Shown one piece after another: positions 36,886 through 45,166 of a stretch of 64,000 bases of DNA. Numbering within the stretch: the stretch's first letter is position 1; each line of letters opens with the position of its first letter. Source of the stretch: a virus (taxonomy: Duplodnaviria; Caudoviricetes); the IMG/VR virus record IMGVR_UViG_2935124990_000001, positions 1-64,000 of that record. One strand, 5' to 3'. Position numbers and translations under genes: made by a program. The notes beneath the pieces were generated by a model that searched no databases, was not told the origin of the DNA, and saw nothing but the letters and a program-made list of their open reading frames with translations.

Positions 36886-37133
36886 GGCCCGGTCACCTCA
36901 GCGATCCAACGCCGCAGTGCGCCCACCTCGTCCGGGGATGCGTGCTCCTGGGCGTACTTCATGACGACCGCGTACAGCGCTCCTTCGAGGTGTTGACGTT
37001 CCTCGAACTGCCGGAGGACAGCTCTGGAGAAGTCCCCAATGCTGGAGTCGCCCCGCTCATCTGCGCTGGCAGCCGCGTCATGGAAGGCCGCCGTTACCAG
37101 GAGGTGCGCAGTCGCCTCATCATCCGGGCTCAC
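36882..37133 (-). CDS. Hypothetical protein
   Basis: GTGA overlaps on both sides. Confidence 0.6.
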   Translation of the reverse strand: MSPDDEATAHLLVTAAFHDAAASADERGDSSIGDFSRAVLRQFEERQHLEGALYAVVMKYAQEHASPDEVGALRRWIAEVTGP

Positions 37134-37633
37134 GGCCGCCACCCTTCCTGGTAGTCCTGGTGGTCCGCGTACGGCACGGCCAGGGCGCACAGGGTCGGGC
37201 ACGGCATCTCCGGCCAGTCGGCGTCGGTCGTATTCGCGTCGCACGCATGGCACACCTCCACCGGATCGGCGGGGGAACCGTCCTGGTGAACCAGAGTCGT
37301 TGTCCGTACCGCGCGGTGCAGGACGACGACGCGGCGCTTCGCTGCGACCTCGGCAAGCACGCGAGCCGGATCGTGGAGGGCGATGTGCAGTGCATCCTCT
37401 GTCGACTCGAAGACGGATGCCTCCCCGCCCCAGCGTCCACCCCCGACCACAGTGCTGCCGTCGGCGCCGTAGATCGCCTCAGCGAATCCCTTGTTGTCCA
37501 CTCTCCACGGACCATCGGTGGCTGCCCGCGCGGCCCTCTCCTCTTCGTCCAGCCTGGCCGACAGGAACGCCGCCACACCACTCTGTGCGGACGCTTTCCA
37601 CGCTCTCCATGCCGCTTCGCTCTGTGGCTCCAT
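37130..37633 (-). CDS. DUF6221-family protein
   Basis: FLSARLDEEE..HIALHDPARVLAEVAAKRR..LAVPYADHQDYQEGWRP. Confidence 0.8.
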   Translation of the reverse strand: MEPQSEAAWRAWKASAQSGVAAFLSARLDEEERAARAATDGPWRVDNKGFAEAIYGADGSTVVGGGRWGGEASVFESTEDALHIALHDPARVLAEVAAKRRVVVLHRAVRTTTLVHQDGSPADPVEVCHACDANTTDADWPEMPCPTLCALAVPYADHQDYQEGWRP

Positions 37634-37654
37634 AGAAGGAACATTATCTGGAGT
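37627..37654. other. dif/lox-like 11-6-11 site (candidate resolution site)
   Basis: GCTCCATAGAA-GGAACA-TTATCTGGAGT, imperfect inverted arms around a 6-bp spacer, at the head of the recombinase operon. Confidence 0.45.
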
Positions 37655-38001
37655 GATGCACGCCGATGCCTCCGCCAAGCCGTTCTGCGGCAGCGCTACA
37701 CCTTGATCGAGTGGCGCACGGGAGACCAGCGGGCGGGGAGCTGCACATCGCAGTCCGGGCATAGGTGCGCGACCAACTCGCCGACGGGCTGGGCGTGTAC
37801 GGGTACAGCCCCAGGGTGTGCGCAGCCGAAGCCCTCCGCGCGAGCGGCCTGGGCCAGTCGATCTCCGAGCGCACGCCAGGCGTCACGCTCTCTTCGGACA
37901 GCCCGCCGGATCATGAGCGCCTCCTGGTAGCTGCACCTCGGGTAAGGAGAGGTTATCCGAGGTGAGACGCAGCGTTCCGCCTGGCGCGGTGGGCCGGAGC
38001 G

Positions 38002-38370
38002 TCAGCGGTTCCCCTCGGGGCCAAGCAACTCGCACTGCTCACACAGTGCTCCGTACGCCAGGTTGTTGCAGTCCGGGGTAGCACAGCGCGAGGCGATTGC
38101 CCTCGTCGGCCTGACCGGCACCTTCGCAGACCCGCGCATGAGCTGCTCCAGGATCACGCGTGCGTGGTTGATCTCCCGGCTCACGGCCTCATCGCCGACC
38201 AAGTCGTCCAACGGGAGGGGAGGGTTCTCGGAAAGGTAGCTGGCGTGGGTTTCCCGGAGCACCTCCCACAGTGGTCCCTCTTCGCCGTCGACAACCTTGA
38301 CTTCGAATGCGTGCACAAGAGCCAGGAGCCGAGCGTAGTCATGGCTACCTATAGGGCGTTCATCAGGCAT
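38002..38370 (-). CDS. Hypothetical protein with C-terminal Cys4
   Basis: CATPDC..LCEQC. Confidence 0.6.
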   Translation of the reverse strand: MPDERPIGSHDYARLLALVHAFEVKVVDGEEGPLWEVLRETHASYLSENPPLPLDDLVGDEAVSREINHARVILEQLMRGSAKVPVRPTRAIASRCATPDCNNLAYGALCEQCELLGPEGNR

Positions 38371-38408
38371 GACATGTGAGCTTATCGCGGGTCAGAATCC
38401 GGAGGATG

Positions 38409-38444
38409 CCGCCGTTTCTGCTCTGTGCGCCATCCTAAGGATCA
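38409..38444 (-). repeat. 36-bp direct repeat copy 1 (contains minus-strand TAGGAT -10)
   Basis: 33/36 identical to 39442..39477. Confidence 0.8.
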
Positions 38445-38463
38445 CCCCGGTTCGCGGTCGGGA

Positions 38464-39363
38464 TCAGCGAGAGCGAGGAAAGCGGAACCCGCCTTCCCGG
38501 AGAACGCGCCGGAGGGTCGGGTCGGTGATGCCGTACGCCTTGGTCAGATCGGTCAGCTTCTCGCCAGACTTGGCCCTCTCAAGGATTTCGCGCTCCGGCA
38601 GGTCCTTCCGAGGAGCACCCTGTCCACGGAGCGCCACGCCTGCGTCTTGCAGCACCTTGGAGATGGTGCGCCATGCCATGCCGTTCTGACGCGCGAGCTC
38701 CTGGATGCCAACCCCGCCCTCGTAAGCGGCAATGATCTCGGCGTTTGACTGGCGCGCCTTCTGGTGTGAGTCCGGACCCCGGACCCCTCGAACGGCATCC
38801 TTCATGACGCCTTGTGACACGCTGAACCGCTTGGCCAGTTCAGGGGTGCTGACGCCTTGCCCGCGCAGCCTCCGGGCTTCCTCTTTCTGCTCGTCGCTGA
38901 GCGCAGGGGCATACCCGGTCGACCTCATCTCCACGCCCTGCTCGGCAAGTACGCGCCTGATTGGACCATCGGAGACGCCGTAGGTGGCGGCGAGCGCGCG
39001 GATGGTCTCGCCCGAGCGGTAAGCGGCAGCGATCTCTTCCGCTGGCAGGTCCAGCGGCGGTTGCTTGGCGGGCCGCCTCTCGACCCCCGCGTCTACCAGA
39101 ATCCGGCGGATCTTCGTCGTGTCGACGCCGTAAGCCTCGGCAAGCTCAATGATGGTCTGCCCGCCTCGGTACTTCTCGACCACTTCCCCGGATTCCGCGA
39201 ACGGCTTCCAAGGGCCTCGTGGCCGTCGTTCCTCCGCAGGAACGGCCTTGAGGACAGTCGGGCGGGAAACGCCGTACCGCTCGGCGATCACGGCAGTTTT
39301 GACCCCATCGGCATACAGGGCGCGGATCTCCTTGACCTGCTCATCAGTAAGCGCTCGCGGCAT
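38464..39363 (-). CDS. Protein made of six tandem HTH domains
   Basis: Six units of type EI...Y..G.T...LA..YGVS...IRRVL...GV. Confidence 0.85.
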   Translation of the reverse strand: MPRALTDEQVKEIRALYADGVKTAVIAERYGVSRPTVLKAVPAEERRPRGPWKPFAESGEVVEKYRGGQTIIELAEAYGVDTTKIRRILVDAGVERRPAKQPPLDLPAEEIAAAYRSGETIRALAATYGVSDGPIRRVLAEQGVEMRSTGYAPALSDEQKEEARRLRGQGVSTPELAKRFSVSQGVMKDAVRGVRGPDSHQKARQSNAEIIAAYEGGVGIQELARQNGMAWRTISKVLQDAGVALRGQGAPRKDLPEREILERAKSGEKLTDLTKAYGITDPTLRRVLREGGFRFPRSR

Positions 39364-39441
39364 CACACCGTGCCTCACCCTCTGCTTATCGTCGGTCTTT
39401 ATAGTATAGAGGGTGAATTAACAAACTTTCCGTCGCCAGCC

Positions 39442-39477
39442 CCGCCGTTTCTTTGCTGTGCGCCATCCTAAGGATCA
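39442..39477 (-). repeat. 36-bp direct repeat copy 2
   Basis: ccgccgtttct-NNN-ctgtgcgccatcctaaggatca. Confidence 0.8.
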
Positions 39478-39576
39478 GGCCGGATACAGGCCGAGCCGCT
39501 GGAGCAGCACCGTGATCCCGTAGATCACGACGGATCCCGCGACCCAGACCGTCACGGCGAGCACCCGGTACTTCAC
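39475..39576 (-). CDS. 33-aa transmembrane peptide (not in ORF track)
   Basis: MKYRVLAVTVWVAGSVVIYGITVLLQRLGLYPA; GAGGAG RBS; GTGA overlap. Confidence 0.5.
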   Translation of the reverse strand: MKYRVLAVTVWVAGSVVIYGITVLLQRLGLYPA

Positions 39577-40262
39577 CGTGACTCCTCTATGTCCCACGTA
39601 CGGTCGGCACCACATACAACGCTCACAAGCTCGCCCAGCTCTCCGGCGTCCGGGGTTAGCGCCCCGGTGCGGTGATTGAACAGGGCCACCTTGAGCCTGT
39701 CCCGCACGCTGATCTCCTGGTCAGGCACCGTCGTGCGCAGCTCACCCTCGCCTGACGTCCGGACGACTTCGTCCGCCCACACGTTGCGCCACACCACCGC
39801 CGGACGACGCATCACCCGGTAGGTGGTGGCCGACACTCCGACGAGGTCCCCCAGGTCCGCGCGGCCCAGATCCTCCAGGTCCGCCACCTCAAAGCGGGAG
39901 AAGCAGTCGGCACCACGCAAGTTGGGCTTGCAGTGCACGACCCAGCCCCGCTCGTGGTCCGCGTAGATCCTGCTGTGACCGGCAGGGATCTCCTGACTCG
40001 CCTCGCGCAGTCGGTCCGCAGAAGGTGCGAGTTCTTGCTGCCTGCCCATCTCTCGCAACATCGCCCGGACGACCCAGATGTAGGGGATCCCCAGGGCGAC
40101 CGAGAGCGCTGACATGGTCCAGAGCACCGGACCCCAGGCTTCGGGCGTTACGTAGATGGATGCCGCGAGATAGGCGAAGCTCAGGGCGATCGAGACGGCA
40201 GTGACGATGACGGTTCTGTGTGCTCTGCGGAGCTGGCTGGAGAATGCGCAGGAAGAGGCCAT
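39573..40262 (-). CDS. Two-TM membrane protein
   Basis: Two hydrophobic helices near the N-terminus. Confidence 0.7.
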   Translation of the reverse strand: MASSCAFSSQLRRAHRTVIVTAVSIALSFAYLAASIYVTPEAWGPVLWTMSALSVALGIPYIWVVRAMLREMGRQQELAPSADRLREASQEIPAGHSRIYADHERGWVVHCKPNLRGADCFSRFEVADLEDLGRADLGDLVGVSATTYRVMRRPAVVWRNVWADEVVRTSGEGELRTTVPDQEISVRDRLKVALFNHRTGALTPDAGELGELVSVVCGADRTWDIEESR

Positions 40263-40553
40263 GCGTCCAACGTCGCACGCGTCAGGCGAAACGCTCCCCC
40301 TGCTCCGTCATGGGTACAGCAGCCGGGACAGTGGCATGGGTCGGGCACCGGGCTCGTGCGGGCGTTCCGGCGGGTCGGGTGGTTCGCCGGGGTGTGGGGT
40401 GTCGTCGGGGCCGGCCGCCTCGGCCTCGCGGGGGTTCGGGTCGGTGCTCATGGTTCAAGGGTGCGCCTGGTGGGCGGAGTTGCTGCCCCAGGCCACGCGG
40501 CTTTCTTGAAAAGAGACTATGAATGCCAACCAAGAAGCGCTACCTTGGTCTGT

Positions 40554-40859
40554 ATGACGAAGAACCTCCCCCGACTCATTCCCACCGGCAAGTGCTTCTG
40601 CGGCTGCGGAACCGACATCGGCCTCGGCAGCTTCTTCGCGCGCGGCCACGACAAGGTCGCCGAAGCCGCCCTCATCGCCGTCGAATACGGCGGCTCCGTC
40701 GCCCAGATGCTCCACGCCAAGGGCTTCGGCCCCAGCCACTCCGTCACCCACAAGGCCATCACAGACGCAGGCTGGGAGGAGTGCGAGCGGTGCGGCTACA
40801 TCGGCGCACCGGCCAGCATGCGCAACCACGAGAAGAAGCCCCACCAGAGCGACCAGTGA
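40554..40859 (+). CDS. Zinc-binding hypothetical protein
   Basis: CFCGCG..FARGHD and CERC..H..H. Confidence 0.75.
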   Translation: MTKNLPRLIPTGKCFCGCGTDIGLGSFFARGHDKVAEAALIAVEYGGSVAQMLHAKGFGPSHSVTHKAITDAGWEECERCGYIGAPASMRNHEKKPHQSDQ

Positions 40860-40870
40860 GGACCGCAACC

Positions 40871-41134
40871 ATGGCCATCTCCGCCGAAGACCAGATCATT
40901 CACCACCTCAAGGACAGCGTCGGCCTTGCCGAAGCCGACCGGCTCGTAGCCGAGCTGCAGAGGCAGCGCGAAACGATGTACGAGGCCGGCGAGAACAGCG
41001 GATACGCCGACTGGGACAACGCCCTCGACGGCCTCCTCCCCGACAACGTCGAACCGCTCCCCACCCAGGTAGCGGAGTACGTACGGAAGCTCCAGCAGGA
41101 GATCGCCCGCCTCCGCACCACCACCGAGCAGTGA
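40871..41134 (+). CDS. Hypothetical protein (array gene)
   Basis: Bounded by stop-RBS-start repeats; ends TTTEQ. Confidence 0.7.
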   Translation: MAISAEDQIIHHLKDSVGLAEADRLVAELQRQRETMYEAGENSGYADWDNALDGLLPDNVEPLPTQVAEYVRKLQQEIARLRTTTEQ

Positions 41135-41145
41135 GGACCACGACC

Positions 41146-41331
41146 ATGGCGCCCACCGATTACGGGATTGCGTCCCCGTCCCGCCCCGACGACATCGAGC
41201 CCCTCGGCCGGCTGAACCGTCAGGCCGCCGAGGCCCGCATCGCGGACAGCCGCATCGCCTGGCCTGACGTCTACCTCGTCCAGCGCACCAACCGCGCCTG
41301 GACGCCCGTCACCGACACCAAGGAGAGCTGA
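41146..41331 (+). CDS. Hypothetical microprotein (array gene)
   Basis: ATG supplied by the repeat. Confidence 0.65.
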   Translation: MAPTDYGIASPSRPDDIEPLGRLNRQAAEARIADSRIAWPDVYLVQRTNRAWTPVTDTKES

Positions 41332-41333
41332 CC

Positions 41334-41510
41334 ATGTCGACCTACATGCCACCCGTTGGTGGGGAGAAGCGTGACTACTTCCCGCTGGAGGACGACTGCG
41401 TTGGCCCGGACGGTGAGGCGTACCCGGAGCACGACTACCCCCCGGTCGGGGAAGGTGACGAGTGCCGCCGCTGCGGGGCCGAAGCCGACGACACCACCAC
41501 CGATCAGTGA
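41334..41510 (+). CDS. 58-aa zinc-ribbon microprotein (not in ORF track)
   Basis: C..EHDY..ECRRCGAE; ends TTTDQ inside the repeat; AAGGAG RBS. Confidence 0.65.
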   Translation: MSTYMPPVGGEKRDYFPLEDDCVGPDGEAYPEHDYPPVGEGDECRRCGAEADDTTTDQ

Positions 41511-41521
41511 GGAGTGATCGC

Positions 41522-42229
41522 ATGAGCAAGGCAGGCGAGGCATTGGCCGCAGATCGCATCGCCGCCGCCGGTTACCGCGCCTTGGAACCGTTTCCCGGCA
41601 AGGTCAATCAGCGGTGGCTCATGGAGTGCACTGAGTGCGGCGAGCAGCAGCGACTCCGCCCGGACACCAAGCTGAAGCCCTGCCAGCACAAGAAGCGGGA
41701 ACAACAGCACCAGGAGGCCGTCGCCAGTGAGCAGCGCCTCTATGACGCCCTCGTGGCGGTCCGAACGCGGGCACTGAGCACGAAGAATCTCCGTGCACTG
41801 GAGCCCCACCCGGGCATTGAGGGCACCCTCTGGTGGGTCGAGTGCAAGCACTGCGGCCGTAAGTGGCACATGAAGGAAGACCACCTGCGCGCCTGCCCGC
41901 ACAAGGGTTCCGGTGACGCGGGGGCGCCGCTACCGCCAGCGAAGCCCGTGCCGAAGAAGCGGACGAGGAAGCCGAAGGATGGGGACCCGTCCTTCGAGCG
42001 CTTCTGGGAGCCGTTGCCTGTGTGGTGGACGGTGCGGGGCCTGCCTGAGGGCAGCAACCGGTACGAAACCGCGATCATGCGAGGCTGGTGGGACAAGGCG
42101 ACCGCACGGGAACGCGAGGATCGTCTGGCCGAGCAGCGCGACCACATCGTGGCGACTGTGGCCAAGGCGAGGGGCGTGGTCGTCGACCCCGCCAAGGTCA
42201 CGTACACCATGGGCGAAGAGCCCCGATGA
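41522..42229 (+). CDS. Protein with two zinc-ribbon repeats
   Basis: RALEPFPG..W.MECTECG..CQH and RALEPHPG..W.VECKHCG..CPH. Confidence 0.75.
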   Translation: MSKAGEALAADRIAAAGYRALEPFPGKVNQRWLMECTECGEQQRLRPDTKLKPCQHKKREQQHQEAVASEQRLYDALVAVRTRALSTKNLRALEPHPGIEGTLWWVECKHCGRKWHMKEDHLRACPHKGSGDAGAPLPPAKPVPKKRTRKPKDGDPSFERFWEPLPVWWTVRGLPEGSNRYETAIMRGWWDKATAREREDRLAEQRDHIVATVAKARGVVVDPAKVTYTMGEEPR

Positions 42230-42288
42230 CCGAACTGACCCAGTCACCTTCGGCACCAGCCCACCACCGAGCAGTGAGGACCACGACC

Positions 42289-42444
42289 ATGAGCACCCCC
42301 GACGAACTTCGGGCACGCGCTGACGAGCTGGAGAACCGTGTCCCTCCCGTAACCGCCGGACCCCGCACCGACGACGAACGCATGTGGCTGGAGAAGGCTG
42401 CCGCCCTCCGAGCTGAAGCCGACAACCTCGATACCGACGTGTAG
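42289..42444 (+). CDS. Hypothetical microprotein (array gene)
   Basis: ATG supplied by the repeat; followed by a terminator. Confidence 0.65.
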   Translation: MSTPDELRARADELENRVPPVTAGPRTDDERMWLEKAAALRAEADNLDTDV

Positions 42445-42456
42445 GACCCGCACAGC

Positions 42457-42493
42457 GCGACGCCCCGACCAGGACAAGTGGCCGGGGCGTCGC
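42457..42493 (+). terminator. Stem-loop terminator
   Basis: gcgacgccccgacca...tggccggggcgtcgc. Confidence 0.65.
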
Positions 42494-42583
42494 CGTGTCA
42501 GCCTACGTGCTGCTGCTTGTTTGTTGAGACGAGCCAAGGAAGACCGCCCAGAGGGGACCGGCAAGGCCGGGAGAGGCGTGCAA

Positions 42584-42627
42584 GATCCGGTTATTTAAGT
42601 CGCAAAACTATAGGACAACGCCGCAGG
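42584..42627 (-). repeat. Right copy of the 44-bp inverted repeat
   Basis: GATCCGGTTATTTAAGTCGCAAAACTATAGGACAACGCCGCAGG. Confidence 0.9.
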
Positions 42628-42650
42628 TCCAAGGCCCGGAACCGTCCTCC

Positions 42651-44822
42651 CTACAACTGAGTGATCACCAGGTTCCGCCAGAACGGTCGCGTCGCCAGGT
42701 CCGTAATCGACCCGTTCGACAGCCCGGCGTAGCCGCCCCGGTAGGTCGTGTCCGCAATGGCCCCTGTGGTCCAGCCAGTACTGTCCGTACGGCGCAGCTC
42801 GACCGTCGTCGGGGTGACGTTGATCTGGAACGACATAGGGCTGTCCGCAACCGGCGCCGTGGTGGCGATGGTGCTGCCGACCTGCGTTCCTGCCGTAACC
42901 CCAGCGGTGTGCCGGTACAACTGCATGTCCCCCGACGCGCGCATCACCACGTGGTAGCCCCCGGTGGTGTTCGCCGTACCGAACCGGTACGGGTCGTCGG
43001 CCGTCTTCCCGAAGTAGAACCCGCCGTGAACCGTGGCCCCTGGCAGGACCTTGTACTTCATGTCGAACACGATCCGGTAGCCGGCCGCGCTGCCCTGGAT
43101 CGGCGAGTAGGTGCCGAGCCCGTAGGACTGGTTCGGCAGGGCGTTGATGCTGACCCAGCCGGCGTCCGCTCCTTCGCCGAAGACAAGGGCGTAGGCGGTG
43201 TCGTAGTCCAGGGTGGGCGTGCCACCGGACTCCTTCACGGCGAGCCCCCACCGGCTGAACGTGCGCTGCGGCAGGTTCGTGGACACGTACCGGGGGTCGG
43301 ACGACATCATGCCGACCACACCCAGCCCGGTCAGCCGGGCCACCTGCGACCTGCGGTAGACGGGCCAGGCGAAGACCGGCTTACCGCGGGCGACAACTTC
43401 ACTGATGCGCTGGTCGGTGAAGGTGGTGGCGACGCCCCAGTAGTCGACGTTGGTGTCCTTGCCGTCCATGGTGGCGTTGGTGGTGCCGGGGTCGAGGTAC
43501 ACCCACGTGCGGTAGCCGCGTGTCTTCGCCCACGGCAGGGACAGCGTCCCGATGTGAGCTTTCCAGATCACCGACCTGGGGGCGTGCGGGTAGTACGTGT
43601 CGAGCAACGTTTGGGTCGGCACGACGGCGTCGTTGCCCTTCGGCTCCAGCAGAATCGGGATGCGACCGAGGAACTCGTCGAGGACCTGCCGCAGGGGCAC
43701 CATCCGCTGGTCGGTCCACCCGGGGCCGAGCAGCGTCCGCCCGTTCGTGAGGACGGCCTGCCCGACCTCCTCAGTTGTGTACGTGTTCAGGCTTCCGGTC
43801 TGGTACGTGGTCCGGTCCAGGGTGAGGTCGTGGAGACACCACAATTCACCGCTGGCGTCCACGTTCACGGACACCTCAAGGGCGAAGCCCATGGCCGCGC
43901 ACGCCCGGTAGCCAACCAGGGTGTGCTCGGGCCGGACCATTCCGCCGCCGCGGTGACCGAAGAACCGCGGGGACGACGGGGAAGCGCCAGCCAGGTAGGC
44001 GTCCACGGTCTGAACGGCGCTCGGAAGGTACAGAGCCGCCGCCGAAGCGACCGCGGTGTCACGGGCGGCGTTGGCCTTTGTGGTGGCGTCCGAGGCGGCG
44101 GTCGCGATGGCAGCGGACTGCGCGGCCGACGCCTTGGACGCAGCATCCGACGCGGCGGCGCTCACTGCCGCCGTACGAGCAGCGTCCGCCTTCGCCGTGG
44201 CGTCGGATGCCGCTGCGGTGACAGCAGCCGACTGGGCTGCCGCCGCAGCCCCGGACGGGTCGTACGCCCCGTCCGCGCGCACTACCTCCGCCGCGACCAC
44301 GGTGTCCGTGTACTCCTGGGCCTCCGCCGCACCCGATGGGCCGACCAGCGACGCCAGGTAGTCGGCCTCCGTGCCGGTGTTCCCCGCCTCCAGCCACACC
44401 TCGTACGCCGACAGGCCGTCCGCACCGTCCTGCCCGTCGTCCCCCGGCGGGCCCGGCACGTACACGACGGTGCTGCCCCCGGTCGGGGCGTCCCCCAGAT
44501 CGACCCGCAGGTTCCCCACCCAGTGCGGGCCGCCGGTCTCTGGAACCACGATGTGCGTCATCACCGGAGTGCCGTCGTACGAGCGGCCCTCCATCACCGC
44601 CCACACCGTGTCCCCCGCATCCGCTTGGATCAGGGCGTTCGGGATCAGGTCCGCGGACCAGGTGCCGTCCGTCTGCGGCTTCACCAGGACGGGGCGGACG
44701 ACCTCGGCCTCCTTGCTGCCGGCGTACCCGATCGCCCGGGCGCCGGTGACGTCGACCAGCTCGATCTCGATCCGGGTCTGCGACGGGTTCCCGCCGACCA
44801 GCTTGCCCGTCACCGTGGTCAT
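42651..44822 (-). CDS. Tail fibre-like protein with glycerophosphodiester phosphodiesterase (GDPD) domain
   Basis: Collagen-like GPPGDDGQDGADG-SAYEVW, Ala-rich repeats, GHRGG..PEHT, LHDLTLDRTT, LEPK. Confidence 0.85.
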   Translation of the reverse strand: MTTVTGKLVGGNPSQTRIEIELVDVTGARAIGYAGSKEAEVVRPVLVKPQTDGTWSADLIPNALIQADAGDTVWAVMEGRSYDGTPVMTHIVVPETGGPHWVGNLRVDLGDAPTGGSTVVYVPGPPGDDGQDGADGLSAYEVWLEAGNTGTEADYLASLVGPSGAAEAQEYTDTVVAAEVVRADGAYDPSGAAAAAQSAAVTAAASDATAKADAARTAAVSAAASDAASKASAAQSAAIATAASDATTKANAARDTAVASAAALYLPSAVQTVDAYLAGASPSSPRFFGHRGGGMVRPEHTLVGYRACAAMGFALEVSVNVDASGELWCLHDLTLDRTTYQTGSLNTYTTEEVGQAVLTNGRTLLGPGWTDQRMVPLRQVLDEFLGRIPILLEPKGNDAVVPTQTLLDTYYPHAPRSVIWKAHIGTLSLPWAKTRGYRTWVYLDPGTTNATMDGKDTNVDYWGVATTFTDQRISEVVARGKPVFAWPVYRRSQVARLTGLGVVGMMSSDPRYVSTNLPQRTFSRWGLAVKESGGTPTLDYDTAYALVFGEGADAGWVSINALPNQSYGLGTYSPIQGSAAGYRIVFDMKYKVLPGATVHGGFYFGKTADDPYRFGTANTTGGYHVVMRASGDMQLYRHTAGVTAGTQVGSTIATTAPVADSPMSFQINVTPTTVELRRTDSTGWTTGAIADTTYRGGYAGLSNGSITDLATRPFWRNLVITQL

Positions 44823-45166
44823 GAGGTGTCTCCCGTACGACTGTCGGAGGTGGGTGCGTGCCGGGCTGGCTGGTGTTGGGCGGTCCACACCATCCAGGTG
44901 CGCTGCACGATCAGCACCGCGACGAAAGCGAGCAGAGCGGACCGTACGTACCGCAGGACCATGGCCGGGGTGCCGTCGAGGCCGGTGATGGTGACGACGA
45001 CGGTGTAAAGGCCGAGCAGGCCGATCGTCGCGGTGAACAGCATCAGGTGCCATCCCATGGGTGTCCGCCGCCACGGGGCCATCACGTGGTACGTGAGGAC
45101 GAACACCAGGGAGCACAGAAATACGAGGGCGCTGACCGCCAGGTTGAGGATCTGCGCGAAGCTCAC
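44819..45166 (-). CDS. Putative holin (3 TM)
   Basis: Three hydrophobic segments, PWRRTPMG; in the lysis cassette. Confidence 0.7.
   Translation of the reverse strand: MSFAQILNLAVSALVFLCSLVFVLTYHVMAPWRRTPMGWHLMLFTATIGLLGLYTVVVTITGLDGTPAMVLRYVRSALLAFVAVLIVQRTWMVWTAQHQPARHAPTSDSRTGDTS

Larger units (their letters stand above)
41118..42291 (+). repeat. Dispersed 31-bp stop-RBS-start repeat CCACCACCGAGCAGTGAGGACCACGACCATG
   Basis: Identical at 41118-41148 and 42261-42291; variants near 40839-40873 and 41494-41524. Confidence 0.85.

Noticed and set aside
40839-42291. 31-bp repeats as a CRISPR array
   Set aside because: Spacing is hundreds of bp and gene-sized, repeats encode stop-RBS-start, and no cas genes are present
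27772-42627. 44-bp inverted repeats as transposon ends
   Set aside because: No DDE or other transposase inside, no flanking target duplication, and the contents are core phage early genes
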